IMG/VR virus record: IMGVR_UViG_3300042691_031247 | Strand: one strand, 5' to 3' | DNA length: 64,000 nucleotides | DNA from: a virus | Lineage: Duplodnaviria > Caudoviricetes | Shown: positions 8,789 to 15,562 of the stretch, one piece after another | Numbering within the stretch: position 1 is the stretch's first letter | Layout of the letters: the number at the start of each line of letters is the position of its first letter | Notes under the pieces: model-generated | Told to the model about the DNA's origin: nothing | Seen by the model: the letters and a program-made list of their open reading frames with translations, nothing else | The model's database searches: none | Translations under genes and position numbers: made by a program

Positions 8789-9502
8789 TTAGGCGGCAGC
8801 GACCGCGGCCTTGTTGGCGCGCATCGCCTTCACCTTCGCCTCGACGGCGGGCAGGATCTTGGCCAGCGTGCTCTCCTGCACGCCGCCCTCGAACAGCCCG
8901 AACAGCGCGGCCGACGTGCAGCCACCGGAGACCGCAGCGAACAGGATCGCCGTGACCTTGGTGATCGTCACGCCCGCGCCAGCCGCGGCAGCAAGGCCGC
9001 CGGTCGTGACGCCGACAGCGACACCGACCGTGGTGCCCACGCCAATCGCCGCGGCTGCCGCGACCAGCTTGAGCATGCCGGCGTTCACGTCCGAGATGTT
9101 CATGGAGCTGACCAGCGCATGAACTGCGGTCAGAGCCTTCTTGGCCTGACCGTAGGCGTTGTTCGCCATCTCCTTGATCCACGCCACCACCGCCGCCGTG
9201 GCCTCCTCGATCGCGCTGTACACGCGGCCGAGGAAGGACCAGACGCCCGAGGCGATCTTCTTGATCGCATCGGCGATGGTCTCGCAGACCGTCAACACGG
9301 CGCCACCGAGGGCGGAGACCGTGTCGACGACGAGACTGCCGGTGCGGGCCAGCAGGCTCTGCTCGGCCAGCGTCTGCTGCACGAGCTGGTCGATCTGCTC
9401 GTCGGTCAGCTCCGGCTTCGTGGCCGTGCGCGTGACCTTGCCGACCTTGACCTTCGCCTTGACGCCGCGGGTCTTCACGGGGATCTTCTTCGTTGCAGCC
9501 AT
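8789..9502 (-). CDS. hypothetical protein with amphipathic helices and a hydrophobic hairpin
   Basis: AGGA RBS, very high GC3, flanked by promoter and terminator motifs. Confidence 0.8.
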   Translation of the reverse strand: MAATKKIPVKTRGVKAKVKVGKVTRTATKPELTDEQIDQLVQQTLAEQSLLARTGSLVVDTVSALGGAVLTVCETIADAIKKIASGVWSFLGRVYSAIEEATAAVVAWIKEMANNAYGQAKKALTAVHALVSSMNISDVNAGMLKLVAAAAAIGVGTTVGVAVGVTTGGLAAAAGAGVTITKVTAILFAAVSGGCTSAALFGLFEGGVQESTLAKILPAVEAKVKAMRANKAAVAAA

Positions 9503-9588
9503 CTGAACAGTTCCTTAAACATGAGGACATCGATTGCGCAGAAGCCCATGCAATCCGTCTGGGGACGCCAATAACACATTGGCATCAT

Positions 9589-9620
9589 TAGATATACCCG
9601 GCTTTTCGGCTTTATTTAGC
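9589..9620 (-). promoter_or_regulatory. conserved promoter-like motif, copy 2
   Basis: GCTAAATA-N16-TATATCTA, directly fused to GCTGATA. Confidence 0.7.
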
Positions 9621-9622
9621 TA

Positions 9623-10702
9623 TCAGCCGTTATTCCGGGTTTTCACCGCCATCTGCTCCCGCGCAGGCCACAACACCATCTGTTGCATTGTGTCCTCGTC
9701 GGTTGCGTCGCCGAGTAACTGCAGAGCTGTTACTGGACGCTGCGCAATGCTTTCTTTACGCTCGTCGGTCAAGCTGTCGCGCAGCACAGCCTTGAGCGCG
9801 TCATACCGGGGATACGTCACCCATCCTTCAGCTTTGTCCGGGTTGTACTTTTCGTACTTCCTGTGGACATAGTGATTGGTTTGCACCAGTCCGTTGCGTC
9901 TGGTGCGAATGGCGTCGTCATCTCCGACATGCGTCACAACAGTGTGTTCATGGGCTTTGGTGCCAACCACGTGCGCAAAGAACGGCACGATGGTTTCATA
10001 GCTCCGTAGCCCGAGAACCAGACTGTTGTAACTCTTTGGCAGTAGGTCGCAGGCGGCTCGGACCCGCTGTAACACGGGCCACTTAAAGAGCAGCTTAGGC
10101 GCCGACAGCCAGCCAAACAAGCTATTCAGTTTATTTACAACTGGAGCTTGATTGACAGTGACAGCCCATGAATCACCCATGGCAGAGATCACGCCCACCA
10201 TGCCCGCCACGCCTACAGATGTATAAGCTTGGCGACCACGATGAAAGCGAAAGATCCGCGTGTGCCGGCCAGTACTGCGCGGCACCACCCAGTCCATGTT
10301 ACGGACCAGCACGGGGGACTTCTCAACATCAAAGCTGATACTGGAGCACCCACAACCGTACATCTCGGCTAAAGATGTGAAGTCGTAGATGAGGTTTCCC
10401 AGCATGAGCTTCCCCACAGGAACGTCGGCGTGCCGGGCAATGCACGCTAGTTCCTGTGTGTAATCTTCGCCAAACATGTCCACGATTTGGCGAAGTAACC
10501 AGCCGCCACCATTGGCCAGCGTATGCACAGCCGCCATGAGCGGACCGGGCAGGCTAGGCGCCACTGTCTCCTCGATTTCTGTTTCCACATCAGCGAGGAG
10601 CGACTGAATAGCATCTCCGTTTTGGATAGCAAAATCAGTCCAGCGCTCGTCAGCGGGGGCGTCCAGATCGATGTCCCAGACCTTGCCCGTGTAGAGCTTC
10701 AT
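9623..10702 (-). CDS. acid ceramidase / NAAA-like Ntn hydrolase
   Basis: N-terminal DIDLDAPADERW, nucleophile context GC-C119-SSI, RNMDW and VQTNH. Confidence 0.8.
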   Translation of the reverse strand: MKLYTGKVWDIDLDAPADERWTDFAIQNGDAIQSLLADVETEIEETVAPSLPGPLMAAVHTLANGGGWLLRQIVDMFGEDYTQELACIARHADVPVGKLMLGNLIYDFTSLAEMYGCGCSSISFDVEKSPVLVRNMDWVVPRSTGRHTRIFRFHRGRQAYTSVGVAGMVGVISAMGDSWAVTVNQAPVVNKLNSLFGWLSAPKLLFKWPVLQRVRAACDLLPKSYNSLVLGLRSYETIVPFFAHVVGTKAHEHTVVTHVGDDDAIRTRRNGLVQTNHYVHRKYEKYNPDKAEGWVTYPRYDALKAVLRDSLTDERKESIAQRPVTALQLLGDATDEDTMQQMVLWPAREQMAVKTRNNG

Positions 10703-10890
10703 GACGGGTCACGCCCTTTCTTCCGTTTAAACAAGCACACCAGCAGCGGCAATTCGTTGTGAATTGGCACGGCTGGCTGTGCAGGGCGTTTAAATAGAAA
10801 AACCGCCGGTACCGAATAGTGGAAGCTATTCGCGGGTACGGTGCCGCAGGAACGACGATCAGCCCGGCTACGCGTTTGCATAATCGGCAT
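10699..10890 (-). CDS. small hypothetical protein
   Basis: ATG at 10890 with a purine-rich upstream region; ATGA overlap with the next gene. Confidence 0.35.
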   Translation of the reverse strand: MPIMQTRSRADRRSCGTVPANSFHYSVPAVFLFKRPAQPAVPIHNELPLLVCLFKRKKGRDPS

Positions 10891-10892
10891 GA

Positions 10893-11285
10893 CTAGTTCC
10901 CTCCCTTCTTCGGCTTTGGCGCCAAGCCAAAGTCGCTGTTTTGGCCCGGGAACGGCACCGGGATGTTGAGCTTGTCGCAGCACTTGGTGACCAGATCTTC
11001 CAGTCGCTCGATGTACGCCAGCTGCAGGGCAGCCCGTGCGTCCACGATCTCTTGGAATCGCTTTTCCGTCAACTGTCTCGCAATCGCCAGCTCTTGGGCT
11101 GAGACGAGGTTGAGACGCAGCCGGTTGGTGGCTTCTTCAGCCTGCTCAATTCGCTCGAAGGCTTTGTTCAGCGTGACGGTCAAGAATCCGACCACCCTGC
11201 CCAGCTCTTCAACCCTGTCTTCCGCTGGCTTCGAAACATCGTCAGGAAGCCACTTGTTGATGTCCGTTTCAAACATCTGGCTCAT
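10893..11285 (-). CDS. coiled-coil hypothetical protein
   Basis: heptad-like pattern; sits downstream of promoter copy 3. Confidence 0.7.
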   Translation of the reverse strand: MSQMFETDINKWLPDDVSKPAEDRVEELGRVVGFLTVTLNKAFERIEQAEEATNRLRLNLVSAQELAIARQLTEKRFQEIVDARAALQLAYIERLEDLVTKCCDKLNIPVPFPGQNSDFGLAPKPKKGGN

Positions 11286-11353
11286 CGGTCATTCTCCTTA
11301 GCCGCGCAGAAGCGGCAGGACACAGATCCGCCCAATACACTACTGGGCGTCAC

Positions 11354-11385
11354 TGAATATGACCGGAATCGGGCTTTTATTTAGC
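11354..11385 (-). promoter_or_regulatory. conserved promoter-like motif, copy 3
   Basis: GCTAAATA-N16-CATATTCA; overlaps the stop codon of the upstream gene. Confidence 0.75.
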
Positions 11386-12582
11386 TATCAGCGGCTGGCT
11401 CTGCGTCGCCCGAAAGTTGCGCAACGCGGCGGCTAAAAACTTCTGATAGCTCGCGCCGACGCCGCCACGATTAGGAAGTCGGGCGCCGGTATTGAGCGCG
11501 CCGGACGTAATTCTGGGTGGGACAAAGTTGCTTAAACCGCTCACCTGCAAGCGCGGCAGGAGTTTTAATAACATGTCTCCGCGGCCCGCTTCTTTCCCAA
11601 ACGCATACGCGCTGGAGCACTTGCAGTTCCATTTGCGCAGGGATTTGTTAATACGCGAGTCAGGGTCGGACTTGGTTTTACTACCTGTGTTTACACGCTT
11701 CATGCCGCACATCCGCGAGCAGAAAGAGTCCTGACGCTTCTTGGCTTTTCCCTTGGGATTCTTCTCAGTGACCGGGGCTTTTAAGTTCCCGCCCGTCTCC
11801 CGTTCGTAGCTTTTGCGCCCCTTTTCATTGAGCCCGCCTTCAGGATTCTTACCCGAAGAGCGCTGCCACGCCGGCGTACTGCCCAACTTCTCACCCCCTA
11901 CCGAATTAGCCGTCCCAAACGCTGCGTTCCCTGTGATATCGCCCGTGGAAGACAGCGCGCCGTAAGAGTTAATGGGGTTGGCATTGGGAGAAGAGCCGCC
12001 GCCAACAGGGGGAAGCTGGCCAGACGGCGCCGGGGAGCCCATGTTCGCCGGTTGGGCGGCGGGAGCCTGTGGTTGAGCCTGCGGCGCCTGTGGTTGCATC
12101 CCCATCGGCAGGGGAGTACCGGCTGCAGGCATGGCGTAGCGCTTTATACCGGCGTTTGCAGGCATGCGGGCAGCCTCTCGGGCCTCTAGCTCAGCCCTTT
12201 CGTTCTCTATCGCCTGCATTATGGGCTGCGACAAGACAGCAGAAATCTTCGCCATCAGCTTGTTTACACCATAATTTGGCTTTATTTCTGAATTACACCG
12301 TTCGCCCTTGGTCTTCACTACCTTGGGTGGATTTTCACCTGCAACCGTGGGCTTAGCACTGGCCGGCTGCTCGATATAGACCTCTTTGGTGTCCGCTTTC
12401 TTGGATAATTTTCTGTAAATATCGAGGGCTACAGAGTTTACAGCCGATTGTTTATGAGTTGTCTCTTTATTAGCGTACATAGGGAGTTTCTTTTTGGTTG
12501 GATACTCGTGTGCCCAGCGTTTGGCGATGTCTGGATGCGCTGCCCAGAGAAATCTACGCTGTTTTTCAGACTTAAACGGCAT
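11377..12582 (-). CDS. modular phage protein containing a DUF6321-like domain
   Basis: N-terminal MPFKSEKQRRFLWAAHPDIAKRW; AWQRSSGKNPEGGLNEKGRKSY...SFCSRM...DSRINKSLRKWNC. Confidence 0.75.
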   Translation of the reverse strand: MPFKSEKQRRFLWAAHPDIAKRWAHEYPTKKKLPMYANKETTHKQSAVNSVALDIYRKLSKKADTKEVYIEQPASAKPTVAGENPPKVVKTKGERCNSEIKPNYGVNKLMAKISAVLSQPIMQAIENERAELEAREAARMPANAGIKRYAMPAAGTPLPMGMQPQAPQAQPQAPAAQPANMGSPAPSGQLPPVGGGSSPNANPINSYGALSSTGDITGNAAFGTANSVGGEKLGSTPAWQRSSGKNPEGGLNEKGRKSYERETGGNLKAPVTEKNPKGKAKKRQDSFCSRMCGMKRVNTGSKTKSDPDSRINKSLRKWNCKCSSAYAFGKEAGRGDMLLKLLPRLQVSGLSNFVPPRITSGALNTGARLPNRGGVGASYQKFLAAALRNFRATQSQPLIAK

Positions 12583-12796
12583 GGCGTAGCTCGAAAGATA
12601 GTGAACTCAGAGGGATTCCCGGAGTTAGGGTGCGAACTAGTCGGAAAAACCTATAAGTTGGTCGGCGCGGCTGTTCCCAAGCTGAATACGCCTCATTTTG
12701 GCATACGGGGGCTGAGAAGAAAAGGGCGAAGAGGCGTCTGGTACACTGGAAAGATAGTTGGGGAATGGATTCAGGCGTTTCGACAAGGAGGCCGCC

Positions 12797-13126
12797 ATGA
12801 GATCTCTAAGAATTCTAGTGTTTAGCCTGCTGTGCGTGATGGGAATGGGAAAAGTGTGCGCCGATACGGTATTAATGTTCTCCGCTGACTGGTGTAAGTA
12901 CTGCAAGATCGCTAAGGCGGACTTATTGGAGAACAAAGACGAGGTGAATGGCTGGGGGTTAGAGGTAGTGGACACCGATGTGAGCCGGGAACTGGTCAAG
13001 CAGTACGGAGTGAAGAGCCTGCCGACGTTTATCTATCTAAATGACGCCGGGGAAGAGCTGGATAGAGTGGCAGGCTATAAGGGATATAACCGGCTACGGC
13101 GTTGGGTCGAAAAGAGCGCGCGCTGA
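12797..13126 (+). CDS. thioredoxin-like protein with a signal/anchor peptide
   Basis: WCKYC, GVKSLPT cis-Pro motif; AAGGAG before ATG at 12797. Confidence 0.85.
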   Translation: MRSLRILVFSLLCVMGMGKVCADTVLMFSADWCKYCKIAKADLLENKDEVNGWGLEVVDTDVSRELVKQYGVKSLPTFIYLNDAGEELDRVAGYKGYNRLRRWVEKSAR

Positions 13127-13152
13127 TAGCTAAAAAAAGGGGCCGAAGCCCC
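13122..13152 (-). terminator. terminator between convergent genes, with the conserved 13-mer
   Basis: GCTGATAGCTAAAAAAA followed by a ggggc-cgaa-gcccc hairpin. Confidence 0.7.
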
Positions 13153-13181
13153 GAGAAACAACACGAGAGAGGCGGCGTAGT

Positions 13182-13505
13182 TTACGCGCCACAGGCCGAT
13201 AGCCCGCGGCAGCCGCAAGGCTGGCCCTTCTCGTCGCGCACCAGTTCGCCCGGAGCGAACACGTCAGTACGGTTGATGCGCGCAGCAACCATACCCGACA
13301 CCACATACACCGTGTCGGCGGCGGGAGCCGGGAGGTCTTCCACCTCGCCAAACTCCACAGCAAATGTGTCGATGCCGTCGACACTCGGGCCGGGAACCCG
13401 GCGGGTGGCCACGCGCGCCACCTTGCCCGACGGGGGCACTTCCCGAACAGAGCCATTGGAAGCATGGATGTTCAGCGCGTGGGGGGTGAGGTTAACAATG
13501 GTCAT
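13182..13505 (-). CDS. conserved phage hypothetical protein (NLTPH family)
   Basis: MTIVNLTPH...PPSGKVARV; GGAG before ATG at 13505. Confidence 0.8.
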   Translation of the reverse strand: MTIVNLTPHALNIHASNGSVREVPPSGKVARVATRRVPGPSVDGIDTFAVEFGEVEDLPAPAADTVYVVSGMVAARINRTDVFAPGELVRDEKGQPCGCRGLSACGA

Positions 13506-13603
13506 GGTTGCTCTCCTTGAGGCAAAGTCCGCTACCCTTGGACTCTGGGGAGTAATGCCGGATTGACGTACAACACGCACGTCAATAACACCGGGGTTCT
13601 CAC

Positions 13604-13635
13604 TAGATATGCCCGGATTTTGATAGATATTTAGC
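13604..13635 (-). promoter_or_regulatory. conserved promoter-like motif, copy 4
   Basis: GCTAAATA-N16-CATATCTA. Confidence 0.75.
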
Positions 13636-13640
13636 CGGGC

Positions 13641-13686
13641 GCTGATAGCTAAAAAAAGCGCCCGCACGGTTTAGATGCGGGCGCTT
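13641..13686 (-). terminator. intrinsic terminator plus conserved 13-mer
   Basis: agcgcccgca/tgcgggcgct stem, T7, AGCTATCAGC. Confidence 0.8.
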
Positions 13687-13690
13687 CTGC

Positions 13691-13912
13691 CTACGGGGCC
13701 GAGAGGGTTGTCCACTCGCCGGCGTAGGTCTGTTCCAGCGGATTGATGATCCGTGGCTTTTGCTCTGGAGCGGGGCGTGGAGCCGGGAGAGTTACGCCGG
13801 TTGGTTGCTGCCAACGCGCCGTGAACTCGTCCCAGCCTTTCGGGGCCTGAGCTTTATCCGAAACCCACCCAATGAGCGCCAGACCACCGACAATCATAAG
13901 CAGCGTGGTCAT
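13691..13912 (-). CDS. small membrane-anchored protein
   Basis: N-terminal transmembrane segment; between promoter copy 5 and a terminator. Confidence 0.65.
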   Translation of the reverse strand: MTTLLMIVGGLALIGWVSDKAQAPKGWDEFTARWQQPTGVTLPAPRPAPEQKPRIINPLEQTYAGEWTTLSAP

Positions 13913-13979
13913 AAGGCTATTTCCTTTCTATACATCGTGCCGGGCAAAGCGTAATTTTTGGCTTACGCCTATCCGTCAC

Positions 13980-14011
13980 TAAATATGACCGGAAATAATG
14001 GGTTATTTAGC
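13980..14011 (-). promoter_or_regulatory. conserved promoter-like motif, copy 5
   Basis: GCTAAATA-N16-CATATTTA. Confidence 0.75.
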
Positions 14012-14095
14012 CCGTAGCCAGACCATGATATCTAAACCCATGTCCTCGTCTTCGTCGTCGTCTGTGGTAAAGATATCCATACTGTGCGCGCGCAT
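14003..14095 (-). CDS. 30-aa acidic microprotein (MRAHSMDIFTTDDDEDEDMGLDIMVWLRAK)
   Basis: translated by hand; GGAGG 5 nt before the ATG. Confidence 0.45.
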   Translation of the reverse strand: MRAHSMDIFTTDDDEDEDMGLDIMVWLRAK

Positions 14096-14201
14096 ATGTA
14101 CCTCCAGACGACGGGTGGGTAAAACGTGGCGCAATTATACGGTTTTGATAACATGTCCCGAAGCATAAAGAAGTCCGTATGCGTTTTTCTTACAGCTATT
14201 T

Positions 14202-14286
14202 GACGTAACATGTTGATATACAAAGACTTAGCGCGTGCGGGTTTTTCCTGCTTGGCGTAAGTCTTTGCGCGACAATATGTTACGTC
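14202..14286. repeat. pair of inverted imperfect palindromes (TAAS-N3-TTG-N5-CAA-N3-STTA) forming a long hairpin
   Basis: cgtaacatgttgatatacaaagacttag (14204-14231) and cgtaagtctttgcgcgacaatatgttacg (14256-14284). Confidence 0.65.
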
Positions 14287-14287
14287 T

Positions 14288-14334
14288 AATAGCTAAGAAA
14301 AAGCGCGGTCAGGGTCCGAAGACCACTGCCGCGC
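14288..14334 (-). terminator. intrinsic terminator plus 13-mer variant
   Basis: gcgcgg...ccgcgc stem, T-rich tail, AGCTATT. Confidence 0.65.
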
Positions 14335-14341
14335 GTAGGGG

Positions 14342-14569
14342 TTAGACAGTCTCGAACTCGGCGTCGATCACCGTGTAGCTGTCGAACTCGTCGTTCAGGA
14401 TCGCTGCTTCCGCCGGGATGCACTCGCAGACGCCCAGTTCAAGGCCGCAGTGCAGGCAGTGCTCGATGTCGACGTCCGCTGGGGCGATTGCCACGGCGAA
14501 CACGAACAGCATGTCCCGGTAGTCGTCCACATTGACCTTCACCGCCGGGTTGTTGCGAAGCTGAGCCAT
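14342..14569 (-). CDS. small hypothetical protein with CxxC-x5-CxC
   Basis: AAGGAGG upstream of ATG at 14569; HCLHCGLELGVCEC. Confidence 0.7.
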   Translation of the reverse strand: MAQLRNNPAVKVNVDDYRDMLFVFAVAIAPADVDIEHCLHCGLELGVCECIPAEAAILNDEFDSYTVIDAEFETV

Positions 14570-14754
14570 TATCTCGTCCTCCTTGAAGAGAAAATAAAAC
14601 AACCGCCGTCTCGTGGCGGCACAACGCTAATGGTCTCTCGCCATTAGACGGCCCCACCTATCACCGGGCAGGGGGTACGGCGAGGAAGTGCTATAGCTTC
14701 ATGCGTAAGGCCAGTGCAATACACACTGCCGCGGCAAGAGATATAGGTCCTCAA

Positions 14755-14786
14755 TAGATATGCCGTGTTTTTGGCAGATATTTAGC
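14755..14786 (-). promoter_or_regulatory. conserved promoter-like motif, copy 6
   Basis: GCTAAATA-N16-CATATCTA. Confidence 0.75.
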
Positions 14787-14794
14787 TAGGCCCG

Positions 14795-14841
14795 AATAGC
14801 TAAAAAAAAGCCGGCAGGGAAGCGCATCCCCACCGGCTTTT
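14795..14841 (-). terminator. intrinsic terminator plus 13-mer variant
   Basis: aaagccgg/ccggcttt stem, T8, AGCTATT. Confidence 0.75.
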
Positions 14842-15274
14842 ACGGAGTTAACGAGATCCGCGCTCGTGCCGAAGCGACCAATCGGTCGCCAAAAGAATCG
14901 TTAGCACAAGAAACGCTCGTGAGGACAGGTATCACTACCCGCCTACGCCCTGCAGCCGTTTGTTAGGTCACGGACAGTCTCGCGTTGTACGGACGCAAAA
15001 CTATGTTATTTAAAACTAGTCCGGCAGGTCTTTCACCTGCACCACCCGCTCCCCTAGCCATAATGTAGTGTAGTCGAGTGGAGTCACTTGGAATAGCCAA
15101 CGAGGCCCGGGCGGGGCATGCCCGCTATTCCGCCATCTACCCTAACGGTTCCTGCAAAACATTTCACGAAAGCTGCTCGCCCAGCCCTCTGCATGCACCT
15201 AGAGATAGGTTCATAACACATGCTTCTCACGAGCGCTTCTTGTGCCAACGTACGGATTCTAGCGGCCGTGTTGG
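14842..15274 (-). ncRNA. putative structured ncRNA of unknown class, closed by a 24-bp stem
   Basis: arms 14900-14923 and 15226-15249 pair with two G-U wobbles on the minus strand; several internal helices; no credible ORF. Confidence 0.6.
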
Positions 15275-15562
15275 CTACGTCAACGTGTCAATATAGTGCT
15301 GTGTAGAGCACACATAACGCGTGACGATATCTTCGGCTTCGCTCCCGGGGCAGCGCTGGTCTAACTCTTGGACCAGCGCGCCCATCGACCTGCGGATGTT
15401 TCCCAGAGCGCGGCGGAGCTGCTTTACTTCAACCTCCGCGTCTGTTTTATATCTCGTCCCGCTTTTCGTGTTCACTGTCGGAGCCAACGCTGCCTTCTCC
15501 TTGTGTACTACTTCGGTCCACCACTGGTTGTTCCACTTCGTCGCCGTCCTCGTCGCTGGCAT
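15275..15562 (-). CDS. hypothetical protein
   Basis: open frame with plausible composition; overlaps the upstream ORF. Confidence 0.5.
   Translation of the reverse strand: MPATRTATKWNNQWWTEVVHKEKAALAPTVNTKSGTRYKTDAEVEVKQLRRALGNIRRSMGALVQELDQRCPGSEAEDIVTRYVCSTQHYIDTLT

Noticed and set aside
8778-9530. 250-aa alternative-frame ORF and several antisense ORFs over 8789-9502
   Set aside because: This is the expected artefact of extreme GC3 bias; the product is low-complexity Arg/Gly.
8221-14841. CRISPR array or classical integron from the recurring repeats
   Set aside because: Spacing is irregular and gene-sized, with no cas or intI gene and no attC RYYYAAC/GTTRRRY ends.
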